Below are positions 39,584 through 54,185 of a DNA stretch of 64,000 nt, piece after piece. The stretch's first letter is position 1. Each line of letters starts with the position of its first letter. The notes beneath the pieces are model-generated. The model did not search any database, was not told where the DNA came from, and saw only the letters and a program-made list of their open reading frames with translations. The translations under genes and the position numbers were made by a program. Source of the stretch: Camelus dromedarius (lineage: Eukaryota); the NCBI RefSeq assembly GCF_036321535.1, contig NC_087436.1:1054001-1118000 (forward strand). Direction: 5' to 3'.

Positions 39584-40944
39584 TGTACCTCCCCATATAT
39601 ATGTATGGAATGGAGTTTGCAACTGAAAAGAAACTTTGTGTTCCCAACAAGCTTGGTGAAGGACGGCTTTCACACACACTTATCTCTCAGAGCTGAGCAA
39701 GTGGAGAGACGTTCGTTCATCCAGCACCAAGGGAACGGGTTGCAGGAGACACTTTTTCTCTGTTTTCTCAGTCTGTTTCCTAGTGCCGGTTTGAAGTTCC
39801 TGCAGTTTTCACTGTGAAACCGAGTTGGAGCTAGTACCTCCCCATATATATTTATGGAATGGAGTTTGCAACTGAAAAGAAACTTTGTGTTCCCAACAAG
39901 CTAGTTGAAGGACGGCTTTCACACACACATATCTCTCAGAACTGAGCAAGTGGAGAGACGTTCGTTCATCTAGCACCAAGGGAACGGGTTGCAGGAGACA
40001 CTTTTTCTCTGCTTCCTCAGTCTGTTTCCTAGTGCCGGTTTGAAGTTCGTGCAGTTTTCACTGTAAAACCGAGTTGGAGCTTGTACCTCCCCATATATAT
40101 GTATGGAATGGAGTTTGCAACTGAAAAGAAACTTTGTGTTCCCAACAAGCTAGGTGAAGGACGGCTTTCACACACACTTATCTCTCAGAACAGAGCAAGT
40201 GGAGAGACGTTCGTTCATCTAGCACCAAGGGAACGGGTTGCAGGAGACACTTTTTCTCTGCTTTCTCAGTCTGTTTCCTAGTGCCGGTTTGAAGTTCCTG
40301 CAGTTTTCACTGTCAAACCGAGTTGGAGCTAGTACCTCCCCATATATATGTATGGAATGGAGTTTGCAACTGAAAAGAAACTTTGTGTTCCCAACAAGCT
40401 AGGTGAAGGACGGCTTTCACACACACTTATCTCTCAGAACTGAGCAAGTGGAGAGACGTTCGTTCATCTAGCACCAAGGGAACGGGTTGCAGGTGACACT
40501 TTTTCTCTGCTTTCTCAGTCTGTTTCCTAGTGCCGGTTTGAAGTTCCTGCAGTTTTCACTGTCAAACCGAGTTGGAGCTAGTACCTCCCCTTATATATGT
40601 ATGGAATGGAGTTGGCAACTGAAAAGAAACTTTGTGTTCCCAACAAGCTAGGTGAAGGACGGCTTTCACACACACTTATCTCTCAGAACTTAGCAAGTGG
40701 AGAGACGTTCTTTCATGTAGCACCAAGGGAACGGGTTGCAGGAGACACTTTTTCTCTGCTTTCTCAGTCTGTTTCCTAGTGCCGGTTTGAAGTTCCTGCA
40801 GTTTTCACTGTAAAACCGTGTTGGAGCTTGTACCTCCCCATATATATGTATGGAATGGAGTTTGCAACTGAAAAGAAACTTTGTGTTCCCAACAAGCTAG
40901 GTGAAGGACGGCTTTCACACACACTTATCTCTCAGAACTGATCA

Positions 40945-43900
40945 AGTGGAGAGACGTTCGTTCATCTAGCACCAAGGGAACGGGTTGCAGGAGACACTTT
41001 TTCTCTGCTTTCTCAGTCTGTTTCCTAGTGCCGGTTTGAAGTTCCTGCAGTTTTCACTGTAAAACCGAGTTGGAGCTTCTACCTCCCCATATATATGTAT
41101 GGAATGGAGTTTGCAACTGAAAAGAAACTTTGTGTTCCCAACAAGCTATGTGAAGGACGGCTTTCACACACACTTATCTCTCAGAACTGAGCAAGTGGAG
41201 AGACGTTCGTTCATCTAGCACCAAGGGAACGGGTTGCAGGAGACACTTTTTCTCTGCTTTCTCAGTCTGTTTCCTAGTGCCGGTTTCAAGTTCCTGCAGT
41301 TTTCACTGTAAAACCGAGTTGGAGCTTGTACCTCCCCATATATATGTATGGAATGGAGTTTGCAACTGAAAAGAAACTTTGTGTTCCCAACAAGCTAGGT
41401 GAAGGACGGCTTTCACACACACTTATCTCTCAGAACTGAGCAAGTGGAGAGACGTTCGTTCATCCAGCACCAAGGGAACGGGTTGCAGGAGACACGTTTT
41501 CTCTGCTTTCTCAGTCTGTTTCCTAGTGCCGGTTTGAAGTTCCTGCAGTTTTCACTGTAAAACCGAGTTGGAGCTTCTACCTCCCCATATATATGTATGG
41601 AATGGAGTTTGCAACTGAAAAGAAACTTTGTGTTCCCAACAAGCTAGGTGAAGGACGGCTTTCACACACACTTATCTCTCAGAACTGAGCAAGTGGAGAG
41701 ACGTTCGTTCATCTAGCACCAAGGGAACGGGTTGCAGGAGACACTTTTTCTCTGCTTCCTCAGTCTGTTTCCTAGTGCCGGTTTGAAGTTCGTGCAGTTT
41801 TCACTGTAAAACCGAGTTGGAGCTTGTACCTCCCCATATATATGTATGGAATGGAGTTTGCAACTGAAAAGAAACTTTGTGTTCCCAACAAGCTAGGTGA
41901 AGGACGGCTTTCACACACACTTATCTCTCAGAACAGAGCAAGTGGAGAGACGTTCGTTCATCTAGCACCAATGGAACGGGTTGCAGGAGACACTTTTTCT
42001 CTGCTTTCTCAGTCTGTTTCCTAGTGCCGGTTTGAAGTTCCTGCAGTTTTCACTGTCAAACCGAGTTGGAGCTAGTACCTCCCCATATATATGTATGGAA
42101 TGGAGTTTGCAACTGAAAAGAAACTTTGTGTTCCCAACAAGCTAGGTGAAGGACGGCTTTCACACACATTTATCTCTCAGAACTGAGCAAGTGGAGAGAC
42201 GTTCGTTCATGTAGCACCAAGGGAACGGGTTGCAGGAGACACTTTTTCTCTGCTTTCTCAGTCTGTTTCCTAGTGCCGGTTAGAAGTTCCTGCAGTTTTC
42301 ACTGTCAAACCGAGTTGGAGCTAGTACCTCCCCATATATATGTATGGAATGGAGTTTGCAACTGAAAAGAAACTTTGTGTTCCCAACAAGCTAGGTGAAG
42401 GACGGCTTTCACACACACTTATCTCTCAGAACTGAGCAAGTGGAGAGACGTTCGTTCATCTAGCACCAAGGGAACGGGTTGCAGGTGACACTTTTTCTCT
42501 GCTTTCTCAGTCTGTTTCCTAGTGCCGGTTTGAAGTTCCTGCAGTTTTCACTGTCAAACCGAGTTGGAGCTAGTACCTCCCCTTATATATGTATGGAATG
42601 GAGTTGGCAACTGAAAAGAAACTTTGTGTTCCCAACAAGCTAGGTGAAGGACGGCTTTCACACACACTTATCTCTCAGAACTTAGCAAGTGGAGAGACGT
42701 TCTTTCATGTAGCACCAAGGGAACGGGTTGCAGGAGACACTTTTTCTCTGCTTTCTCAGTCTGTTTCCTAGTGCCGGTTTGAAGTTCCTGCAGTTTTCAC
42801 TGTAAAACCGTGTTGGAGCTTGTACCTCCCCATATATATGTATGGAATGGAGTTTGCAACTGAAAAGAAACTTTGTGTTCCCAACAAGCTAGGTGAAGGA
42901 CGGCTTTCACACACACTTATCTCTCAGAACTGAGCAAGTGGAGAGACGTTCGTTCATCTAGCACCAAGGGAACGGGTTTCAGGAGACACTTTTTCTCTGC
43001 TTTCTCAGTCTGTTTCCTAGTGCCGGTTTGAAGTTCCTGCAGTTTTCACTGTAAAACCGAGTTGGAGCTTGTACCTCCCCATATATATGTATGGAATGGA
43101 GTTTGCAACTGAAAAGAAACTTTGTGTTCCCAACAAGCTAGGTGAAGGACGGCTTTCACACACACTTATCTCTCAGAACTGAGCAAGTGGAGAGACGTTC
43201 GTTCATCCAGCACCAAGGGAACGGGTTGCAGGAGACACGTTTTCTCTGCTTTCTCAGTCTGTTTCCTAGTGCCGGTTTGAAGTTCCTGCAGTTTTCACTG
43301 TAAAACCGAGTTGGAGCTTCTACCTCCCCATATATATGTATGGAATGGAGTTTGCAACTGAAAAGAAACTTTGTGTTCCCAACAAGCTAGGTGAAGGACG
43401 GCTTTCACACACACTTATCTCTCAGAACTGAGCAAGTGGAGAGACGTTCGTTCATCTAGCACCAAGGGAACGGGTTGCAGGAGACACTTTTTCTCTGCTT
43501 CCTCAGTCTGTTTCCTAGTGCCGGTTTGAAGTTCGTGCAGTTTTCACTGTAAAACCGAGTTGGAGCTTGTACCTCCCCATATATATGTATGGAATGGAGT
43601 TTGCAACTGAAAAGAAACTTTGTGTTCCCAACAAGCTAGGTGAAGGACGGCTTTCACACACACTTATCTCTCAGAACAGAGCAAGTGGAGAGACGTTCGT
43701 TCATCTAGCACCAAGGGAACGGGTTGCAGGAGACACTTTTTCTCTGCTTTCTCAGTCTGTTTCCTAGTGCCGGTTTGAAGTTCCTGCAGTTTTCACTGTA
43801 AAACCGTGTTGGAGCTTGTACCTCCCCATATATATGTATGGAATGGAGTTTGCAACTGAAAAGAAACTTTGTGTTCCCAACAAGCTAGGTGAAGGACGGC

Positions 43901-46900
43901 TTTCACACACATTTATCTCTCAGAACTGAGCAAGTGGAGAGACGTTCGTTCATGTAGCACCAAGGGAACGGGTTGCAGGAGACACTTTTTCTCTGCTTTC
44001 TCAGTCTGTTTCCTAGTGCCGGTTAGAAGTTCCTGCAGTTTTCACTGTCAAACCGAGTTGGAGCTAGTACCTCCCCATATATATGTATGGAATGGAGTTT
44101 GCAACTGAAAAGAAACTTTTTGTTCCCAACAAGCTAGGTGAAGGACGGCTTTCACACACACATATCTCTCAGAACTGAGCAAGTGGAGAGACGTTCGTTC
44201 ATCTAGCACCAAGGGAACGGGTTGCAGGTGACACTATTTCTCTGCTTTCTCAGTCTGTTTCCTAGTGCCGGTTTGAAGTTCCTGCAGTTTTCACTGTCAA
44301 ACCGAGTTGGAGCTAGTACCTCCCCTTATATATGTATGGAATGGAGTTGGCAACTGAAAAGAAACTTTGTGTTCCCAACAAGCTAGGTGAAGGACGGCTT
44401 TCACACACACTTATCTCTCAGAACTTAGCAAGTGGAGAGACGTTTTTTCATGTAGCAGCAAGGGAACGGGTTGCAGGAGACACTTTTTCTCTGCTTTCTC
44501 AGTCTGTTTCCTAGTGCCGGTTTGAAGTTCCTGCAGTTTTCACTGTCAAACCGAGTTGGAGCTAGTACCTCCCCATATATATGTATGGAATGGAGTTTGC
44601 AACTGAAAAGAAACTTTGTGTTCCCAACAAGCTAGGTGAAGGACGGCTTTCACACACACTTATCTCTCAGAACTGAGTAAGTGGAGAGACGTTCGTTCAT
44701 CTAGCACCAAGGGAACGGGTTGCAGGTGACACTTTTTCTCTGCTTTCTCAGTCTGTTTCCTAGTGCCGGTTTGAAGTTCCTGCAGTTTTCACTGTCAAAC
44801 CGAGTTGGAGCTAGTACCTCCCCTTATATATGTATGGAATGTAGTTGGCAACTGAAAAGAAACTTTGTGTTCCCAACAAGCTAGGTGAAGGACGGCTTTC
44901 ACACACACTTATCTCTCAGAACTTAGCAAGTGGAGAGACGTTCTTTCATGTAGCACCAAGGGAACGGGTTGCAGGAGACACTTTTTCTCTGCTTTCTCAG
45001 TCTGTTTCCTAGTGCCGGTTTGAAGTTCCTGCAGTTTTCACTGTAAAACCGTGTTGGAGCTTGTACCTCCCCATATATATGTATGGAATGGAGTTTGCAA
45101 CTGAAAAGAAACTTTGTGTTCCCAACAAGCTAGGTGAAGGACGGCTTTCACACACACTTATCTCTCAGAACTGATCAAGTGGAGAGACGTTCGTTCATCT
45201 AGCACCAAGGGAACGGGTTGCAGGAGACACTTTTTCTCTGCTTTCTCAGTCTGTTTCCTAGTGCCGGTTTGAAGTTCCTGCAGTTTTCACTGTAAAACCG
45301 AGTTGGAGCTTCTACCTCCCCATATATATGTATGGAATGGAGTTTGCAACTGAAAAGAAACTTTGTGTTCCCAACAAGCTAGGTGAAGGACGGCTTTCAC
45401 ACACACTTATCTCTCAGTACAGAGCAAGTGGAGAGACGTTCGTTCATCTAGCACCAAGGGAACGGGTTGCAGGGGACACTTTTTCTCTGCTTTCTCAGTC
45501 TGTTTCCTAGTGCCGGTTTGAAGTTCATGCAGTTTTCACTGTAAAACCGAGTTGGAGCTTCTACTTCCCCATATATATGTATGGAATGGAGTTTGCAACT
45601 GAAAAGAAACTTTGTGTTCCCAACAAGCTAGGTGAAGAACGGCTTTCACACACACGTATCTCTCAGAACTGAGCAAGTGGAGAGACGTTCGTTCATCTAG
45701 CACCAAGGGAACGGGTTGCAGGAGACACTTTTTCTCTGCTTTCTCAGTCTGTTTCCTAGTGCCGGTTTGAAGTTCCTGCAGTTTTCACTGTAAAACCGAG
45801 TTGGAGCTTGTACCTCCCCATATATATGTATGGAATGCAGTTTGCAACTGAAAAGAAACTTTGTGTTCCCAACAAGCTAGGTGAAGGACGGCTTTCACAC
45901 ACACTTATCTCTCAGAACTGAGCAAGTGTAGAGACGTTCGTTCATCCAGCACCAAGGGAACGGGTTGCAGGAGACACGTTTTCTCTGCTTTCTCAGTCTG
46001 TTTCCTAGTGCCGGTTTGAAGTTCCTGCAGTTTTCACTGTAAAACCGAGTTGGAGCTTCTACCTCCCCATATATATGTATGGAATGGAGTTTGCAACTGA
46101 AAAGAAACTTTGTGTTCCCAACAAGCTAGGTGAAGGCGGCTTTCACACACACTTATCTCTCAGAACTGAGCAAGTGGAGAGACGTTCGTTCATCTAGCAC
46201 CAAGGGAACGGGTTGCAGGAGACACTTTTTCTCTGCTTTCTCAGTCTGTTTCCTAGTGCCGGTTTGAAGTTCCTGCAGTTTTCACTGTAAAACCGAGTTG
46301 GAGCTTCTACCTCCCCATATATATGTATGGAATGGAGTTTGCAACTGAAAAGAAACTTTGTGTTCCCAACAAGCTAGGTGAAGTACGGCTTTCACACACA
46401 CTTATCTCTCAGAACTGAGCAAGTGGAGAGACGTTCGTTCATCTAGCACCAAGGGAACGGGTTGCAGGAGACACTTTTTCTCTGCTTCCTCAGTCTGTTT
46501 CCTAGTGCCGGTTTTACGTTCGTGCAGTTTTCACTGTAAAACCGAGTTGGAGCTTGTACCTCCCCATATATATGTATGGAATGGAGTTTGCAACTGAAAA
46601 GAAACTTTGTGTTCCCTACAACCTAGGTGAAGGACGGCTTTCACACACACTTATCTCTCAGAACAGAGCAAGTGGAGAGACTTTCGTTCATCTAGCACCA
46701 AGGGAACGGGTTGCAGGAGACACTTTTTCTCTGCTTTCTCAGTCTGCTTCCTAGTGCCGGTTTGAAGTTCCTGCAGTTTTCACTGTCAAACCGAGTTGGA
46801 GCTTCTACCTCCCCATATATATGTATGGAATGGAGTTTGCAACTGAAAAGAAACTTTGTGTTCCCAACAAGCTAGGTGAAGGACGGCTTTCTCACACACT

Positions 46901-49900
46901 TATCTCTCAGAACAGAGCAAGTGGAGAGACGTTCGTTCATCTAGCACCAAGGGAACGGTTTGCAGGAGACACTTTTTCTCTGCTTTCTCAGTCTGTTTCC
47001 TAGTGCCGGTTTGAAGTTCCTGCAGTTTTCACTGTAAAACCGAGTTGGAGCTTCTACCTCCCCATATATATGTATGGAATGGAGTTTGCAACTGAAAAGA
47101 AACTTTGTGTTCCCAACAAGCTAGGTGAAGGACGGCTTTCACACACACTTATCTCTCAGAACTGAGCAAGTGGAGAGACGTTCGTTCATCTAGCACCAAG
47201 GGAACGGGTGGCAGGAGACACTTTTTCTCTGCTTCCTCAGTCTGTTTCCTAGTGCCGGTTTTACGTTCGTGCAGTTTTCACTGTAAAACCGAGTTGTAGC
47301 TTGTACCTCCCCATATATATGTATGGAATGGAGTTTGCAACTGAAAAGAAACTTTGTGTTCCCAACAACCTAGGTGAAGGACGGCTTTCACACACACTTA
47401 TCTCTCAGAACAGAGCAAGTGGAGAGACGTTCGTTCATCTAGCACCAAGGGAACGGGTTGCAGGAGACACTTTTTCTCTGCTTTCTCAGTCTGTTTCCTA
47501 GTGCCGGTTTGAAGTTCCTGCAGTTTTCACTGTCAAACCGAGTTGGAGCTAGTACCTCCCCATATATATGTATGGAATGGAGTTTGCAACTGAAAAGAAA
47601 CTTTGTGTTCCCAACAAGCTAGGTGAAGGACGGCTTTCACACACACTTATCTCTCAGAACTGAGCAAGTGGAGAGACGTTCGTTCATCTAGCACCAAGGG
47701 AACGGGTTGCAGGAGACACTTTTTCTCTGCTTTCTCAGTCTGTTTCCTAGTGCCGGTTTGAAGTTCCTGCAGTTTTCACTGTAAAACCGAGTTGGAGCTT
47801 CTACCTCCCCATATATATGTATGGAATGGAGTTTGCAACTGAAAAGAAACTTTGTGTTCCCAACAAGCTATGTGAAGGACGGCTTTCACACACACTTATC
47901 TCTCAGAACTGAGCAAGTGGAGAGACGTTCGTTCATCTAGCACCAAGGGAACGGGTTGCAGGAGACACTATTTCTCTGCTTTCTCAGTCTGTTTCCTAGT
48001 GCCGGTTTCAAGTTCCTGCAGTTTTCACTGTAAAACCGAGTTGGAGCTTGTACCTCCCCATATATATGTATGGAATGGAGTTTGCAACTGAAAAGAAACT
48101 TTGTGTTCCCAACAAGCTAGGTGAAGGACGGCTTTCACACACACTTATCTCTCAGAACTGAGCAAGTGGAGAGACGTTCGTTCATCCAGCACCAAGGGAA
48201 CGGGTTGCAGGAGACACTTTTTCTCTGCTTTCTCAGTCTGTTTCCTAGTGCCGGTTTGAAGTTCCTGCAGTTTTCACTGTAAAACCGAGTTGGAGCTTCT
48301 ACCTCCCCATATATATGTATGGAATGGAGTTTGCAACTGAAAAGAAACTTTGTGTTCCCAACAAGCTAGGTGAAGGACGGCTTTCACACACACTTATCTC
48401 TCAGAACTGAGCAAGTGGAGAGACGTTCATTCATCTAGCACCAAGGGAACGGGTTGCAGGAGACACTTTTTCTCTGCTTCCTCAGTCTGTTTCCTAGTGC
48501 CGGTTTGAAGTTCGTGCAGTTTTCACTGTAAAACCGAGTTGGAGCTTGTACCTCCCCATATATATGTATGGAATGGAGTTTGCAACTGAAAAGAAACTTT
48601 GTGTTCCCAACAAGCTAGGTGAAGGACGGCTTTCACACACACTTATCTCTCAGAACAGAGCAAGTGGAGAGACGTTCGTTCATCTAGCACCAATGGAACG
48701 GGTTGCAGGAGACACTTTTTCTCTGCTTTCTCAGTCTGTTTCCTAGTGCCGGTTTGAAGTTCCTGCAGTTTTCACTGTCAAACCGAGTTGGAGCTAGTAC
48801 CTCCCCATATATATATATGGAATGGAGTTTGCAACTGAAAAGAAACTTTGTGTTCCCAACAAGCTAGGTGAAGGACGGCTTTCACACACATTTATCTCTC
48901 AGAACTGAGCAAGTGGAGAGACGTTCGTTCATGTAGCACCAAGGGAACGGGTTGCAGGAGACACTTTTTCTCTGCTTTCTCAGTCTGTTTCCTACTGCCG
49001 GTTAGAAGTTCCTGCAGTTTTCACTGTCAAACCGAGTTGGAGCTAGAACCTCCCCATATATATGTATGGAATGGAGTTTGCAACTGAAAAGAAACTTTGT
49101 GTTCCCAACAAGCTAGGTGAAGGACGGCTTTCACACACACTTATCTCTCAGAACTGAGCAAGTGGAGAGACGTTCGTTCATCTAGCACCAAGGGAACGGG
49201 TTGCAGGTGACACTTTTTCTCTGCTTTCTCAGTCTGTTTCCTAGTGCCGGTTTGAAGTTCCTGCAGTTTTCACTGTCAAACCGAGTTGGAGCTAGTACCT
49301 CCCCTTATATATGTATGGAATGGAGTTGGCAACTGAAAAGAAACTTTGTGTTCCCAACAAGCTAGGTGAAGGACGGCTTTCACACACACTTATCTCTCAG
49401 AACTTAGCAAGTGGAGAGACGTTCTTTCATGTAGCACCAAGGGAACGGGTTGCAGGAGACACTTTTTCTCTGCTTTCTCAGTCTGTTTCCTAGTGCCGGT
49501 TTGAAGTTCCTGCAGTTTTCACTGTAAAACCGTGTTGGAGCTTGTACCTCCCCTTATATATGTATGGAATGGAGTTTGCAACTGAAAAGAAACTTTGTGT
49601 TCCCAACAAGCTAGGTGAAGGACGGCTTTCACACACACTTATCTCTCAGAACTGAGCAAGTGGAGAGACGTTCGTTCATCTAGCACCAAGGGAACGGGTT
49701 GCAGGAGACACTTTTTCTCTGCTTTCTCAGTCTGTTTCCTAGTGCCGGTTTGAAGTTCCTGCAGTTTTCACTGTAAAACCGAGTTGGAGCTTCTACCTCC
49801 CCATATATATGTATGGAATGGAGTTTGCAACTGAAAAGAAACTTTGTGTTCCCAACAAGCTAGGTGAAGGACGGCTTTCACACACACTTATCTCTCAGAA

Positions 49901-52900
49901 CTGAGCAAGTGGAGAGACGTTCGTTCATCCAGCACCAAGGGAACGGGTTGCAGGAGACACGTTTTCTCTGCTTTCTCAGTCTGTTTCCTAGTGCCGGTTT
50001 GAAGTTCCTGCAGTTTTCACTGTAAAACCGAGTTGGAGCTTCTACCTCCCCATATATATGTATGGAATGGAGTTTGCAACTGAAAAGAAACTTTGTGTTC
50101 CCAACAAGCTAGGTGAAGGACGGCTTTCACACACACTTATCTCTCAGAACTGAGCAAGTGGAGAGACGTTCGTTCATCTAGCACCAAGGGAACGGGTTGC
50201 AGGAGACACTTTTTCTCTGCTTCCTCAGTCTGTTTCCTAGTGCCGGTTTGAAGTTCGTGCAGTTTTCACTGTAAAACCGAGTTGGAGCTTGTACCTCCCC
50301 ATATATATGTATGGAATGGAGTTGGCAACTGAAAAGAAACTTTGTGTTCCCAACAAGCTAGGTGAAGGACGGCTTTCACACACATTTATCTCTCAGAACT
50401 GAGCAAGTGGAGAGACGTTCGTTCATGTAGCACCAAGGGAACGGGTTGCAGGAGACACTTTTTCTCTGCTTTCTCAGTCTGTTTCCTAGTGCCGGTTAGA
50501 AGTTCCTGCAGTTTTCACTGTCAAACCGAGTTGGAGCTAGTACCTCCCCATATATATGTATGGAATGGAGTTTGCAACTGAAAAGAAACTTTGTGTTCCC
50601 AACAAGCTAGGTGAAGGACGGCTTTCACACACACTTATCTCTCAGAACTGAGCAAGTGGAGAGACGTTCGTTCATCTAGCACCAAGGGAACGGGTTGCAG
50701 GTGACACTATTTCTCTGCTTTCTCAGTCTGTTTCCTAGTGCCGGTTTGAAGTTCCTGCAGTTTTCACTGTCAAACCGAGTTGGAGCTAGTACCTCCCCTT
50801 ATATATGTATGGAATGGAGTTGGCAACTGAAAAGAAACTTTGTGTTCCCAACAAGCTAGGTGAAGGACGGCTTTCACACACACTTATCTCTCAGAACTTA
50901 GCAAGTGGAGAGACGTTTTTTCATGTAGCACCAAGGGAACGGGTTGCAGGAGACACTTTTTCTCTGCTTTCTCAGTCTGTTTCCTAGTGCCGGTTTGAAG
51001 TTCCTGCAGTTTTCACTGTCAAACCGAGTTGGAGCTAGTACCTCCCCATATATATGTATGGAATGGAGTTTGCAACTGAAAAGAAACTTTGTGTTCCCAA
51101 CAAGCTAGGTGAAGGACGGCTTTCACACACACTTATCTCTCAGAACTGAGTAAGTGGAGAGACGTTCGTTCATCTAGCACCAAGGGAACGGGTTGCAGGT
51201 GACACTTTTTCTCTGCTTTCTCAGTCTGTTTCATAGTGCCGGTTTGAAGTTCCTGCAGTTTTCACTGTCAAACCGAGTTGGAGCTAGTACCTCCCCTTAT
51301 ATATGTATGGAATGTAGTTGGCAACTGAAAAGAAACTTTGTGTTCCCAACAAGCTAGGTGAAGGACGGCTTTCACACACACTTATCTCTCAGAACTTAGC
51401 AAGTGGAGAGACGTTCTTTCATGTAGCACCAAGGGAACGGGTTGCAGGAGACACTTTTTCTCTGCTTTCTCAGTCTGTTTCCTAGTGCCGGTTTGAAGTT
51501 CCTGCAGTTTTCACTGTAAAACCGAGTTGGAGCTTGTACCTCCCCATATATATGTATGGAATGGAGTTTGCAACTGAAAAGAAACTTTGTGTTCCCAACA
51601 AGCTAGGTGAAGGACGGCTTTCACACACACTTATCTCTCAGAACTGATCAAGTGGAGAGACGTTCGTTCATCTAGCACCAAGGGAACGGGTTGCAGGAGA
51701 CACTTTTTCTCTGCTTTCTCAGTCTGTTTCCTAGTGCCGGTTTGAAGTTCCTGCAGTTTTCACTGTAAAACCGAGTTGGAGCTTCTACCTCCCCATATAT
51801 ATGTATGGAATGGAGTTTGCAACTGAAAAGAAACTTTGTGTTCCCAACAAGCTAGGTGAAGGACGGCTTTCACACACACTTATCTCTCAGTACAGAGCAA
51901 GTGGAGAGACGTTCGTTCATCTAGCACCAAGGGAACGGGTTGCAGGAGACACTTTTTCTCTGCTTTCTCAGTCTGTTTCCTAGTGCCGGTTTGAAGTTCC
52001 TGCAGTTTTCACTGTAAAACCGAGTTGGAGCTTCTACCTCCCCATATATATGTATGGAATGGAGTTTGCAACTGAAAAGAAACTTTGTGTTCCCAACAAG
52101 CTAGGTGAAGAATGGCTTTCACACACACGTATCTCTCAGAACTGAGCAAGTGGAGAGACGTTCGTTCATCTAGCACCAAGGGAACGGGTTGCAGGAGACA
52201 CTTTTTCTCTGCTTTCTCAGTCTGTTTCCTAGTGCCGGTTTGAAGTTCCTGCAGTTTTCACTGTAAAACCGAGTTGGAGCTTGTACCTCCCCATATATAT
52301 GTATGGAATGGAGTTTGCAACTGAAAAGAAACTTTGTGTTCCCAACAAGCTAGGTGAAGGACGGCTTTCACACACACTTATCTCTCAGAACTGAGCAAGT
52401 GGAGAGACGTTCGTTCATCCAGCACCAAGGGAACGGGTTGCAGGAGACACGTTTTCTCTGCTTTCTCAGTCTGTTTCCTAGTGCCGGTTTGAAGTTCCTG
52501 CAGTTTTCACTGTAAAACCGAGTTGGAGCTTCTACCTCCCCATATATATGTATGGAATGGAGTTTGCAACTGAAAAGAAACTTTGTGTTCCCAACAAGCT
52601 AGGTGAAGGACGGCTTTCACACACACTTATCTGTCAGAACTGAGCAAGTGGAGAGACGTTCGTTCATCTAGCACCAAGGGAACGGGTTGCAGGAGACACT
52701 TTTTCTCTGCTTTCTCAGTCTGTTTCCTAGTGCCGGTTTGAAGTTCCTGCAGTTTTCACTGTAAAACCGAGTTGGAGCTTCTACCTCCCCATATATATGT
52801 ATGGAATGGAGTTTGCAACTGAAAAGAAACTTTGTGTTCCCAACAAGCTAGGTGAAGTACGGCTTTCACACACACTTATCTCTCAGAACTGAGCAAGTGG

Positions 52901-54185
52901 AGAGACGTTCGTTCATCTAGCACCAAGGGAACGGGTTGCAGGAGACACTTTTTCTCTGCTTCCTCAGTCTGTTTCCTAGTGCCGGTTTTACGTTCGTGCA
53001 GTTTTCACTGTAAAACCGAGTTGGAGCTTCTACCTCCCCATATATATGTATGGAATGGAGTTTGCAACTGAAAAGAAACTTTGTGTTCCCAACAAGCTAG
53101 GTGAAGGACGGCTTTCTCACACACTTATCTCTCAGAACAGAGCAAGTGGAGAGACGTTCGTTCATCTAGCACCAAGGGAACGGGTTGCAGGAGACACTTT
53201 TTCTCTGCTTTCTCAGTCTGTTTCCTAGTGCCGGGTTGAAGTTCCTGCAGTTTTCACTGTAAAACCGAGTGGGAGCTTCTACCTCCCCATATATATGTAT
53301 GGAATGGAGTTTGCAACTGAAAAGAAACTTTGTGTTCCCAACAAGCTAGGTGAAGGACGGCTTTCACACACACTTATCTCTCAGAACTGAGCAAGTGGAG
53401 AGACGTTCGTTCATCTAGCACCAAGGGAACGGGTGGCAGGAGACACTTTTTCTCTGCTTTCTCAGTCTGTTTCCTAGTGCCGGGTTGAAGTTCCTGCAGT
53501 TTTCACTGTAAAACCGAGTGGGAGCTTCTACCTCCCCATATATATGTATGGAATGGAGTTTGCAACTGAAAAGAAACTTTGTGTTCCCAACAAGCTAGGT
53601 GAAGGACGGCTTTCACACACACTTATCTCTCAGAACTGAGCAAGTGGAGAGACGTTCGTTCATCTAGCACCAAGGGAACGGGTGGCAGGAGACACTTTTT
53701 CTCTGCTTCCTCAGTCTGTTTCCTAGTGCCGGTTTTACGTTCGTGCAGTTTTCACTGTAAAACCGAGTTGTAGCTTGTACCTCCCCATATATATGTATGG
53801 AATGGAGTTTGCAACTGAAAAGAAACTTTGTGTTCCCAACAACCTAGGTGAAGGACGGCTTTCACACACACTTATCTCTCAGAACAGAGCAAGTGAAGAG
53901 ACGTTCGTTCATCTAGCACCAATGGAACGGGTTGCAGGAGACACTTTTTCTCTGCTTTCTCAGTCTGTTTCCTAGTGCCGGTTTGAAGTTCCTGCAGTTT
54001 TCACTGTCAAACCGAGTTGGAGCTAGTACCTCCCCATATATATGTATGGAATGGAGTTTGCAACTGAAAAGAAACTTTGTGTTCCCAACAAGCTAGGTGA
54101 AGGACGGCTTTCACACACACTTATCTCTCAGAACTGAGCAAGTGGAGAGACGTTCGTTCATCTAGCACCAAGGGAACGGGTTGCA
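40945..54185 (+). repeat. Older, diverged tandem duplication of ~27 monomers (~40945-47667 and ~47667-54185)
   Basis: Shared rare variants: gctaTgt 41149/47871, tttCaag 41287/48009, cactAttt 44236/50709, gagTaag 44678/51151, cagTac 45418/51891, gaagTac 46384/52858, tttcTca 46892/53117. The offset steps through 27, 26, 25 and 26 monomers, and there are many copy-specific substitutions. Confidence 0.88.
53170..53700 (+). repeat. Single-monomer tandem duplication
   Basis: ccggGttg at 53235/53484, gagtGgg at 53271/53520 and ggtGgc at 53435/53684, all at offset 249. Confidence 0.85.
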
